Under the pieces are notes generated by a model. That model had not been told where the DNA came from. It searched no databases and saw only the letters and a list, made by a program, of their open reading frames with translations. This document shows, one piece after another, positions 1 to 8,604 of a DNA stretch of 64,000 nt. The first letter of the stretch is position 1. The number at the start of each line of letters is the position of its first letter. The stretch comes from Spirochaetales bacterium (GTDB taxonomy: Bacteria > Spirochaetota > Spirochaetia > SZUA-6 > JAFGRV01). The translations under genes and the position numbers were made by a program. The stretch is from positions 1,703-65,702 of the forward strand of contig JAFGWI010000009.1 in the NCBI GenBank assembly GCA_016937215.1, in the 5' to 3' direction.

Positions 1-593
1 TCCGGGGCCTGGGGAACACAAAGCCTTTTGAAACTTTCAGCTTGCTCCATATTATCGAAATTATTGCACGGCAACTCAAAGCCACAGATTTTTTAAGCCA
101 TTTCACATCCTTTGCTTCGAACTGGCAATTCATGGTGCTTTTATTTTCCGCCATCATGGTGCTTCTTTCACGCTACAAGCGTCCGAGCCTGGGTCTGAGC
201 CTCATGATTCTGGGCTATTTTCTGGCCTCACCAAAAACCACCGAGTTTCACCTAAGCGCGGCACTGATCATGGGCATTCTTATGCTTTCGGCCCTCACCG
301 CGGAACCCAAAAGCCGGAACAGCCCTATCTACCTGGGGTTTACCCTGGCAGCACTTATCGTGTTGACCTTGCCGAGTCTTTTTGTATTTCTGGACAGGGT
401 AAAAGATGTCTCCCTATATGAAGTCACTACAGAATGGTCATTTTTCCGGAAATTCATGCTCAGCTTTCCCAAGGTTATTGCCACACTGGGGCTCTACCTC
501 ATCGCCTTAATGAAAATGACCTCCATGGGTTTAAAACTCCCCTGGCAGGAATACCGGAAAAAACTTCAGCCCCGGGAACACGGTATTTTTTAA
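1..593 (+). CDS. Polytopic membrane protein, 5'-truncated by the window edge. The reading frame is open back to position 3 and the ORF track starts at a TTG.
   Basis: Continuous ORF with several hydrophobic helices. It is the only substantial plus-strand gene and is convergent with the downstream minus-strand operon. Confidence 0.4.
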   Translation, partial: RGLGNTKPFETFSLLHIIEIIARQLKATDFLSHFTSFASNWQFMVLLFSAIMVLLSRYKRPSLGLSLMILGYFLASPKTTEFHLSAALIMGILMLSALTAEPKSRNSPIYLGFTLAALIVLTLPSLFVFLDRVKDVSLYEVTTEWSFFRKFMLSFPKVIATLGLYLIALMKMTSMGLKLPWQEYRKKLQPREHGIF

Positions 594-624
594 AAAGGCA
601 TCTCATAAATTAGCCAGGTATTTT

Positions 625-1340
625 GGGCGTTGCCTTTTGAAGAGAACTTCAAAAGGCCGGGCTTTCCAGGGCTCCGCTTTGCTTCGAAGTCCTCGGCGCT
701 AAAAAATAGCGCCTCCGGGCTTCAGCCCTCCTTTTTTGAAAAAAAGGAGGGCTGTCCTTCCAATCCCTAACGCCAGAAGCAATACCCTTGGTTCTTCCAA
801 AATCATCGCATCTCAAAAAACAGCACCACCTTCCTTTCCGCGCCAAAATGCTAATTTACTATTTTATAGATAAATAGATAAGGGGCCAGGAAATGCTGGC
901 ACCCTTATTTGCCTCAAAGGATGAAAGCCTTTTATTAAGAACAATTTATTATGGATGAAAAGGGGTTATTTGTTTCTGTAATAGCTGAAACAGGTTTTTT
1001 AACAGGAAGATGGCAAAAAAAAAAGGCAAAAAAAAACGGTATGCCTGGATGTCTTGGTGCATACCGTCTCATGTACATTCGATGTTAAACAGCGCTGTTA
1101 ATAATATTTTCGGCCAGGGGTTTAAAAACATTAAGTGAGTTTTCTTTTTTTTAGCGATTTTTATCAAATAATTCCGCATTCATTCATTGCTGGCCAGGAT
1201 CTATCGCCTTAGGGATTGGAGAGGCAGCAAGGCCTTTTTTCAAAAAGGACTTGCTGAAACCCGCAGGCGCGATTATTCGCGCCGAGGATTTCGAAGCAAA
1301 GCGGAGCCGCGGAAAGCCCGGCCTGCCTTGGGTTTAAGGC
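625..1340. repeat. Palindromic repeat element copy A. A forward unit (625-774) and an inverted unit (1204-1340) flank a ~430-bp A-rich core.
   Basis: It shares the motifs GGGCGTTGCC, GGCCGGGCTTTCC, CCTCGGCGC..AT.GCGCCTCCGGG, TTTTGAAAAAA and CAATCCCTAACGC with loci at 19043, 27749 and 49352. The right arm is the reverse complement of the left arm. Confidence 0.6.
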
Positions 1341-1439
1341 TGGTGAAGCACTAAAAAACTCAGCAACTTACTGTTGATTAAAAAAATTGAAGGCAGGCAA
1401 GGCCCGGATAATTCAATTATTTCAGACTTTTCCTGAAGC

Positions 1440-2066
1440 TCAGGAAAAATACTTTTTGGTGAACAATAACAAGGCCTTTTTCTTCAGGCTTTTTTGGGCG
1501 TCCTTCATGGCAACGATTAAAAGGCTGTTAAATGCCTTGATGTTGGCCATGTTTTCCAGGGTTTCCAGAATGATCATCCGGATCTTCACCGAGCTTCGAA
1601 GGTAGAGCGCGGCCAGCTCGGAGCCGCTTTGCATGATATTCAGCTGCCCCACTGCTGCTATGGCACAGGCCACCACTTTTTCATCATCATCCCACAGGCC
1701 TCGTCGAATAAAGGTATAGGCCGCTTTTTTACGACTGGCGACCAGTTGATTGATGATCTCGATGCGTTTTTTAGAATCATTCTGATGTAAAAAGGATTTT
1801 CCCAGAGTGTATTGCCTGTGAACCGACCGCAATTTGGTTAAAAAGGAATCCTCTGTTGCTGATGTTCCTGTTTCCCCAGGCTGGCTTAATTGTTTTTGAA
1901 GGTTTTCAAAGGCCTTTCGGATTCGGTGAAATTGATTTAGGGCGTTCTGGCCCTTATTCACATCAGGGTGATACAATTTTAGTAAGCGGCGGTAGGATTT
2001 TTTGATTGTTTCAAAGTCAGCTCCTGGCTCCACTTCCAGAATTCGGTAAATTTGCAACATGGTCAC
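1440..2066 (-). CDS. J-domain protein (DnaJ-like N-terminal J domain, HEAT/ARM-like helical C-terminus).
   Basis: The N-terminus reads IYRILEV..DFETIKKSYRRLLKLYHPDVNKG with an HPD motif. It overlaps the upstream SBD gene by 4 nt. It is the last gene of a five-gene minus-strand operon. Confidence 0.75.
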   Translation of the reverse strand: MTMLQIYRILEVEPGADFETIKKSYRRLLKLYHPDVNKGQNALNQFHRIRKAFENLQKQLSQPGETGTSATEDSFLTKLRSVHRQYTLGKSFLHQNDSKKRIEIINQLVASRKKAAYTFIRRGLWDDDEKVVACAIAAVGQLNIMQSGSELAALYLRSSVKIRMIILETLENMANIKAFNSLLIVAMKDAQKSLKKKALLLFTKKYFS

Positions 2067-2671
2067 AGGCTGGCTCTTTTCACAGCCTCGGCCTCGGCAA
2101 TAAGGGTTTCAAGTATCAAGGGCATTTCAATAATGGCCTGCCGATGTTCACGCTTAAGAGCCTCCTGAGCGAGAGTAAGATTTTCATAAATTTCAGAGGC
2201 AAAACTGCCTGAAAGAAGATGATGCTCCTGTGTCATTAACTGACTCAGGTGGCTGATATGCCTTTGAAGCCTGGTTTTTCTGTGATTCAGGTCGTCGCTC
2301 AGAAAATCCAGATTAAACACCTCGTCATAGCTTTCCACTGACAGGGTTTGAATCAGCTGCTTTTCGCTGGCTGTGTCCTCCATTTTGAGGGTGATTAATC
2401 CATGGGAATCAATGTGTATGGTCAGATCAATTTTGGGCTGGCTCTTTTTCTGGGCTTTTAATCCGGAAAGGACAAAGCGACCCAGTGATTTATTTTTGTG
2501 AGCACAGTCGGAATTTCCTTTGAGCAAATGAAGCTCAATGGAAAACTGGTTATCTGAAACAGTTGTTATGCTCTGAAAGGACTTTGCCGGTAATGGCGAG
2601 TTTTTTGGCACAAGTTTATAAAAGACATTTCCATCAATTTCTATTCCAATTGAATAGGGCAATTGATTCAT
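2063..2671 (-). CDS. Hsp70 (DnaK) substrate-binding-domain-only protein with no nucleotide-binding domain.
   Basis: Residues 5-105 align with the DnaK SBD-beta (SIGIE.DG....L..KN..P.K..Q.F.T..DNQ..I.L..G......NKSLG.F.L.G.........I..T..ID..G........EKQ). A helical lid-like tail follows. The N-terminal 380 aa of Hsp70 are absent, and the gene begins 6 nt after the upstream stop. Confidence 0.75.
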   Translation of the reverse strand: MNQLPYSIGIEIDGNVFYKLVPKNSPLPAKSFQSITTVSDNQFSIELHLLKGNSDCAHKNKSLGRFVLSGLKAQKKSQPKIDLTIHIDSHGLITLKMEDTASEKQLIQTLSVESYDEVFNLDFLSDDLNHRKTRLQRHISHLSQLMTQEHHLLSGSFASEIYENLTLAQEALKREHRQAIIEMPLILETLIAEAEAVKRASL

Positions 2672-2676
2672 CGCGG

Positions 2677-3273
2677 CTATTCCTTTGACAATTGTTCGGC
2701 CAGGGAAATAATAAGCTCAACCTCACCCACAGGAAGATCAACTTTCGAGGCAATCATCGCCGGTGTGAAGCCCTCGCTGTAATACATCAAAACTTTGTCC
2801 TTCAAGGGTAATTCCTCACTGATTTTCAGCGAAGGTGAGGGCTCAATTGTAACTGGCCGCTTTTTACTGATAATATCATTATATTCAATAGAGACCGAAG
2901 GCCTTCCTGTGTCACGTTTCAACAGGGCGATCTTTTTATCAGCCAGAATAAGATGCTCTTTTAAAAGACGAATTCTGTCCTCAATCAGCTGAATATTCTG
3001 ATCAGTGGTTGAATTCAGTTCCACTAAAATTTTTTCAACCTCTCCAGAAATATCATTCAAAATTTTTTGAGGGTGTACCATTCTTTTGATCCGTGCCCAG
3101 AGTATAAAATAAAGAATGGCCAAGCCGCTAACAACAATGGCTAGGGTTAGTATAAAGTTTTCCATATCAACTTCTAAAAATGAATTTTTTTTACGACCGT
3201 GACAAACCGCCATGGGCCGTTTCTCTTTTGACTGCTGGGGTTCCGCGAAATCCTGCCGCAGCCATTTTATCAT
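2677..3273 (-). CDS. Membrane-anchored coiled-coil protein. The C-terminal 30 aa weakly resemble a sigma region-4-like HTH.
   Basis: One TM helix (FILTLAIVVSGLAILYFILW) followed by a coiled-coil. The tail KVLMYYSEGFTPAMIASKVDLPVGEVELI parallels the fliA region 4 ([21 protein letters not shown]). The true start is possibly the internal Met before the TM. Confidence 0.5.
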   Translation of the reverse strand: MIKWLRQDFAEPQQSKEKRPMAVCHGRKKNSFLEVDMENFILTLAIVVSGLAILYFILWARIKRMVHPQKILNDISGEVEKILVELNSTTDQNIQLIEDRIRLLKEHLILADKKIALLKRDTGRPSVSIEYNDIISKKRPVTIEPSPSLKISEELPLKDKVLMYYSEGFTPAMIASKVDLPVGEVELIISLAEQLSKE

Positions 3274-3281
3274 AACACCAA

Positions 3282-3611
3282 TCAGGTGGTAATATCAATA
3301 TGCTGTCCCAAATCCGGGTCATGGTACACTTCTTTTTTATTTTTTTCTTCCAATTGTTGCCGCTTGTTATCTTTATTTTTCCGGTTCCTTTGCTCCTGTT
3401 TTTTTTGGCCTTCCTGGTTTACTTTATCGGCCCCCTCACCTATTTCCTGGGATTCATCAACAATGGTATCCTTAATTGCTGCCTGTTCTGCCAGCTCCAT
3501 TCCCTGAACCATCTGGGTATGGGGCAAATTCTCCTTAATATGGGCCTGTTCTTTACCAACCTGATTGATATGAGAAAACATCGTCTGCAAATCGATAGGA
3601 AGCATTGGCAT
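3282..3611 (-). CDS. Small charged hypothetical protein.
   Basis: 109-aa ORF, 4 nt from the FapA-like stop and 9 nt from the next gene. Lys/Glu/Gln-rich tail. No family recognised. Confidence 0.45.
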   Translation of the reverse strand: MPMLPIDLQTMFSHINQVGKEQAHIKENLPHTQMVQGMELAEQAAIKDTIVDESQEIGEGADKVNQEGQKKQEQRNRKNKDNKRQQLEEKNKKEVYHDPDLGQHIDITT

Positions 3612-3614
3612 AGG

Positions 3615-5555
3615 TTAGACAACTCTCCTTTTAAATTCTTCTTCGATGGCTTCGTATTTGGTAATACGAATCGTATTGTGTTCCAAAATAAAGGTAACAA
3701 ATTTGAATTCGTTTTTCACTTCCAAAAAAGCATCCTTAATATATAATTTGACTCCGGGAAAAACCTTTTCCGATGCGGAAATTTTACCGTCTTTTTTAAG
3801 AGCATCAAGATGCTCCCGGATTTCATTCATTTCCACATTCACCTGCTCAAGTTCTGCCAGACAGGTGTCTCTCTTTCCTGTAAGCTCTTGCAGATTGGCT
3901 TCCTTATCTTCTGAAAGCTTTCTTTGAACTTTTTTTAGATTCAAGAGAGTTTTGATATTGAGTTCAATTTCTTCCAGTTCTTTTTCAATTTCCATCTTAT
4001 TCTTTTCACAATTGACCAATTTTTCCTTGCTCAAGGGGTCATAACCCACTTCAAGAACTGTCTCTGTTCCCGCGATGGAGCCCAGGTTTTTCGCGTTAAT
4101 TTCTTCAGCCGCGCGGAGGTTTCCTCCTACAATTGAAGCCCGCCTTCCCTGGCAAATAATTTTTTTATTGGCATCCACATTGGAATGAAGAATACCTTCA
4201 TTAACCATAACATATTCAGAGGCCTCAATTTTGGCATGCTCGATAAATTTGGAGAAAACACTTTTGCCGCTTCTGACTTTACCTCCGTTTTTGCCTAAAA
4301 TACCCTGGTGCACAATAACATCACCCTCGGCATCTAGAATGCATTTACCCACATTACCCTTCACCTCGATATTTCCGGCTGCCTTTACGCTAAACCCATC
4401 CAACACGCTTCCCTTGATTATAACCGTTCCCAGAAAAAGGATATTTCCGGTTTGCAGATTAACATCACCATTAACTGTATAAATGGGTTCAACATTAATG
4501 CGGCCGCTCAAAAGCATAACTTGCCCATTTATTTCCGATATGGCCGTTGTACCGTCTTCAGAGAGCTTAACGTTTTTACCGATTTGGATTACTGTATCAC
4601 TGCCCGATTTGGCCGGTAAATTTTTACCAGTAACTGTTTTCCCATTAACACCCTTTTCAGGCAAGGTTTTTTTTGCCAAAACCTGACCAGCCACAACATT
4701 CTCGATTAAATTCAGCTCTTTAAAATCAACGCGCCCATCCTCTTCTTTAAGACTTACATTCTTGTGATCTGTATTAAAATGATATTGTATCTGAGCATCA
4801 TTACCATTAACAGGTTTCTGCCCCTCGGCAATTAAAATAGAGGTTGAATACTGTGGTCTGTCCTCGAATTCCTTAACAATATCTTCTTTAATTCCAAAAT
4901 AAACACCGTTATTTTCCAGAATCTTCTTGATATTTTCTTTGGATAAGTCAGCTCCACCGAGACGGGGAGGACTTACCTCCATGTAAACCTTCATTTCCAT
5001 ATCAACGATATCAACTGTCATAGTCGCGTCATTGATCGGGTTATAATCAAATTCTCCCACCTTTACCCAACGGTTTTCCGCGCGTTTCACCACCTTGGAT
5101 ATCATGGAGCTATCGTATTTGGTCACACCTCGCTTTAAAACCAAATCCAGGGCATTTTTCTCATTTGCCATCTTTCCCCTGCCAACGGCTTTTGTCACCT
5201 TAATATAAGCGCCATCATGGGTCAGGCGCACAAAAACCTCGCCATTGGCATCGCGTTTCTCGGTAATGTCACCAAAATCCTCAACAGAAAGATTCTCCAC
5301 TACACTATCGGCAGCTACCAGCTCTGTTCCTTCATAGACAAAAAGTTTCCATTCCTTGTCACCCACGCCAAACATGGCTTTCTGTCCTTTTTGGATTACC
5401 TCGTATTCCAAATCCTTTACAGGAATGCCCAATTCAATAGACGCATTGAGCAATGCCTCATTTATACTTTTACCCGTAATTTCAATGGTTTTATTACCCC
5501 TATCTTTTTCAGACTGGCGGTTCATAAATTCCCGTAATTGTGAAAGATTTACCAT
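3615..5555 (-). CDS. DUF342 / FapA-like (flagellar assembly protein A family) beta-helix protein.
   Basis: 646 aa. The central region has repetitive G-N/D-V/I-x-hydrophobic beta-helix repeats (GNILFLGTVIIKGSV..GNIEVKGNV..GDVIVHQG). C-terminal coiled coil. Shine-Dalgarno AAGGA sits 6 nt upstream of the ATG. First gene after fliA. Confidence 0.7.
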   Translation of the reverse strand: MVNLSQLREFMNRQSEKDRGNKTIEITGKSINEALLNASIELGIPVKDLEYEVIQKGQKAMFGVGDKEWKLFVYEGTELVAADSVVENLSVEDFGDITEKRDANGEVFVRLTHDGAYIKVTKAVGRGKMANEKNALDLVLKRGVTKYDSSMISKVVKRAENRWVKVGEFDYNPINDATMTVDIVDMEMKVYMEVSPPRLGGADLSKENIKKILENNGVYFGIKEDIVKEFEDRPQYSTSILIAEGQKPVNGNDAQIQYHFNTDHKNVSLKEEDGRVDFKELNLIENVVAGQVLAKKTLPEKGVNGKTVTGKNLPAKSGSDTVIQIGKNVKLSEDGTTAISEINGQVMLLSGRINVEPIYTVNGDVNLQTGNILFLGTVIIKGSVLDGFSVKAAGNIEVKGNVGKCILDAEGDVIVHQGILGKNGGKVRSGKSVFSKFIEHAKIEASEYVMVNEGILHSNVDANKKIICQGRRASIVGGNLRAAEEINAKNLGSIAGTETVLEVGYDPLSKEKLVNCEKNKMEIEKELEEIELNIKTLLNLKKVQRKLSEDKEANLQELTGKRDTCLAELEQVNVEMNEIREHLDALKKDGKISASEKVFPGVKLYIKDAFLEVKNEFKFVTFILEHNTIRITKYEAIEEEFKRRVV

Positions 5556-6072
5556 AAGTTCCTTCTTGGCTTTATTAAAATCCTCTTCGGGTCTGGACTT
5601 TAAACATCCTCCCCATCTTCAATAATGGCTCCTACCCTTTAAATATAATAAAAAACCAGGAGTGTTGCTATTTATTTACAGTTATTTGCATCATAGTATT
5701 TGTTCAGCCCATTGTTTTCCTGGAGCTTTTTCCTGGCCTCGAAAAGTTTTGAGCCGGTCTTTGGGCTTGCTGGTCATAAAGGCAAGCCAATTTATTGCTC
5801 GATTGTGAGTTTTTAAAACAAGCCCAAAGCCAAATCAGCAAAGTGAGTTTTTATGGCCTGCCTCATCATGGATCCAAAGACCAAGCTATTTTGCCGAAAT
5901 AAAGCATTATGCTAAACAACTTATTTTTTCTCACTCCAGTAGTTGCCCAAAAACAAAAAACATAAAAACCCTGGGTTAAAAGCCGTTAAAACCTTCAATC
6001 AGGTAAAATTGTCTTTGAGCAGCCAAGAAATGAGTGAAAAAGATGCAAAACCTACATTAATTATCGGCTAGT

Positions 6073-6858
6073 TTATATAATACCTTTTTTAATATTGCTT
6101 AATTTTGTACGTAATCGCATGATGGCTTTGGTATGCAATTGGGAAATCCGGGATTCGGTGACACTTAATACTTCACCAATTTCCTTGAGGGTCAAATCTT
6201 CATAATAATATAGCACAAGAACCTTTTTTTCTTTGTCAGGCAGTTCACTGATCGCTTCCACAATAACCCGCTTGATTTCATCTTTTTCCACTATCATGTC
6301 GGGATTCAGACTGGAAGGCGACTCAATACTATCTTCAATCGATATTTTATCACTATCCTCCCCTGTGCTCCACACATCATGAAGCGAGAGAATGGATGTT
6401 CCGCTTAATTTCAGCAAAAGCTGCTGAAATTCGTTTAAATCCATATTCATGGCCTTGGCAATTTCTTCATCAGTGGCCACGCGACCAAGCTGGGCTTCGA
6501 GAATACGTACCGTTTCTTCAAGTTCACGACTCTTTTGACGAACAGAACGAGGCACCCAATCGATTGATCGGAGCTCATCGAAAATAGCCCCACGAATACG
6601 GGTAACCGCGTAAGTCTTGAATTTTACGTGTTTATCAGGATCAAATTTCTCAATGGCATCGAAAAGTCCGAAAACACCATAACCAACAAGATCATCAAAT
6701 TCCACATTATGAGGCATGCCCATGGCAACTTTTCCAGCAACATATTTTACAAGAGGAGCATATTGTTTGACAAAAAAATCCCTGATTTTCGGATCCTTTT
6801 TGCGTTTGTACTGCTTCCAGAGATCCTGTTCTGATTTTCCTTCCAAGGTATTAACCAT
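6073..6858 (-). CDS. fliA: Flagellar sigma factor sigma-28 (FliA/SigD/WhiG family).
   Basis: Region 2 ([19 protein letters not shown]) and region 4 ([27 protein letters not shown]). 261 aa, downstream of flhF-flhG. Confidence 0.9.
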   Translation of the reverse strand: MVNTLEGKSEQDLWKQYKRKKDPKIRDFFVKQYAPLVKYVAGKVAMGMPHNVEFDDLVGYGVFGLFDAIEKFDPDKHVKFKTYAVTRIRGAIFDELRSIDWVPRSVRQKSRELEETVRILEAQLGRVATDEEIAKAMNMDLNEFQQLLLKLSGTSILSLHDVWSTGEDSDKISIEDSIESPSSLNPDMIVEKDEIKRVIVEAISELPDKEKKVLVLYYYEDLTLKEIGEVLSVTESRISQLHTKAIMRLRTKLSNIKKGII

Positions 6859-6863
6859 ATACT

Positions 6864-7613
6864 CTATCCTTCCTTGTCCCGCTGTAACCAGGTGTGAATT
6901 GCTTGCGCAGATTTACCCGGATCCTGAAGATATTCAGGAACATCCATTTTGGAATTCTTCTTTTCAGATGGTGAACCAATCTCCTCCCCACTGGAGGATT
7001 CAGAATTAAAGGTCGAAAAGGTGCCATCAAAATTATCCAGGGAAGGCATGTCGTCAATACCCATGTTATCAATGGTCGCGACATCATCCATTACCTGGCT
7101 TGGTTGATCATCATCGTCGAAATCAGCATCACTTTCATCATATCCAGAGCCTTTGCCATTATAGGAAACCGATTCAGCAGCGGCTGTTTCCTCAATATTC
7201 GATAAATCGGAAGAATCAAAGGATTCCGCGGCATCCATATCCGCACTATCTTCTGATTCAAGCTTTTTTTTGTTTTTTCGATAGGAACCTGCGGCTGAAG
7301 ATTCCTTTACCATATCCAATTCTTCACCAAAATCAGCCTGATAATCCTCATAGGGATTTTCACTATCGATTATCTCATCAATTTCAGTTCCTTTAGCCGG
7401 TTTCTCGATTGGATTATTTCCCGAAGAAGTTAATTCCGGTAAATAGCGATCGATAATAAAACCAATCCCAAAACCAAGGCCTCCGAAAATAACTGCTCCG
7501 AAAAGGGATCTTACGATAATTTCCCAAAAAGGTACACCGCCTATACCACCTGCCAGTATGGATAAAATCATAGCCACCAGAGCAAAAGCAATGATCACCT
7601 TCAAATTAACCAT
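6864..7613 (-). CDS. Hypothetical two-TM protein with a long acidic Asp/Glu/Ser-rich tail.
   Basis: The N-terminal 65 aa are hydrophobic and Gly-rich ([10 protein letters not shown]). The remainder is acidic low complexity. The gene sits between flhG and fliA, where Bacillus carries its che genes. Confidence 0.55.
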   Translation of the reverse strand: MVNLKVIIAFALVAMILSILAGGIGGVPFWEIIVRSLFGAVIFGGLGFGIGFIIDRYLPELTSSGNNPIEKPAKGTEIDEIIDSENPYEDYQADFGEELDMVKESSAAGSYRKNKKKLESEDSADMDAAESFDSSDLSNIEETAAAESVSYNGKGSGYDESDADFDDDDQPSQVMDDVATIDNMGIDDMPSLDNFDGTFSTFNSESSSGEEIGSPSEKKNSKMDVPEYLQDPGKSAQAIHTWLQRDKEG

Positions 7614-7734
7614 AAAATTTCCTCAATTTAAGATTAAAGTAAAAGCCCAAGTCAGTCAAGTTCCGATTTTTCTGTTCATGATTTGCCACTAAGGAATTAT
7701 CCGCGACCTTAGTTACAGTCAACAATCCGGCCAA

Positions 7735-8604
7735 TTATTGCTCTCCTCCGAATAATTTTTTCAAGAACCCGCCTATACCGCTGCCTTCTTTGTATTCAAT
7801 ATTCTCAAGGCGTCCAACAATATGCTTCACACACATCGAAGCCTTGGATTTTCCGTCAACAATCAAAAAGGGACGCTGCTTAACAACAGCAGTATGAACG
7901 ATGGGATCATCAAAAACAAAACCAAGATAATCAACCTTGAGATTCAAAAACTGCCCGGCGATATTAATCACACGTTCAGCGACCTTTCGGCCCTCAGCCA
8001 CACTTTTGACTTTGTTAACCACAAGCTTTAAACCAATATTAATGTTATCAATCTCGGTCGCGATAATCTTGATAATGCCATAGGCATCGGTGATGGCTGT
8101 TGGCTCGGGAGTCGTGATAATCAAGGCATCGTCAGCTGAAGCGATAAAGGACAGCACATTGTTGGAAACACCGGCCCCTGTATCAACAATCAACACATCA
8201 GCCTCGGAAAGGGCGCTGAATTCGGTTATGATATTATTCCGTTCATCCTCTGACAGATTGGCAATTTTGGAAAAGCCCGATGCTCCGGCCACAATCTGAA
8301 TACCGTAATTAGTATTCTGGATGATTTCTCCCATCTTTTTTTGTTTGCGAATAAGATGATAAAGATTATAACGCGGAATAATCCCCAAGACCACATTCAC
8401 ATTGGCTAATCCAAGATCAGCATCCATCACCACCACTTTTTTACCTAACTGGGCATAAGCGATGGCCAAATTGATGGCAATATTGGTTTTGCCAACTCCT
8501 CCCTTTCCACTGGATATGGCAATTATCCGTGTATTTCTGCGTGTACCTGTTTTTCCCATTATTTCTCGTAATTTCTGTGCTTGATCCGCCATTTTTAACT
8601 CCAT
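7735..8604 (-). CDS. flhG: MinD-like ATPase FlhG (YlxH/FleN).
   Basis: Deviant Walker A SSGKGGVGKT. Overlaps flhF by 10 nt. Confidence 0.85.
   Translation of the reverse strand: MELKMADQAQKLREIMGKTGTRRNTRIIAISSGKGGVGKTNIAINLAIAYAQLGKKVVVMDADLGLANVNVVLGIIPRYNLYHLIRKQKKMGEIIQNTNYGIQIVAGASGFSKIANLSEDERNNIITEFSALSEADVLIVDTGAGVSNNVLSFIASADDALIITTPEPTAITDAYGIIKIIATEIDNINIGLKLVVNKVKSVAEGRKVAERVINIAGQFLNLKVDYLGFVFDDPIVHTAVVKQRPFLIVDGKSKASMCVKHIVGRLENIEYKEGSGIGGFLKKLFGGEQ

Noticed and set aside
649-846. Short ORFs predicted inside the repeat elements (649-846, 19070-19297, 19311-19592, 27850-28089, 27937-28119, 27974-28174, 49400-49588, 49467-49778).
   Set aside because: They lie wholly within GC-rich palindromic repeats. 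They are Arg/Ala/Pro-rich, as expected from GC-rich non-coding DNA. They differ between copies and have no RBS. I treat them as artefacts of the repeat.
1387-1605. 72-aa plus-strand ORF overlapping the 3' end of the J-domain gene.
   Set aside because: Antisense to a supported gene. No RBS. Hydrophobic junk composition.
6061-6068. Exact sigma-28 -10 octamer GCCGATAA on the minus strand, right after the fliA stop codon.
   Set aside because: No acceptable TAAA -35 at 15-16 nt spacing. It is about 500 nt upstream of the next start codon. About two exact 8-mer matches are expected by chance in 64 kb on both strands.
6851-7087. Alternative overlapping ORF in another frame of the acidic-protein gene.
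   Set aside because: Nested out-of-frame inside the longer, better-supported ORF 6864-7613.
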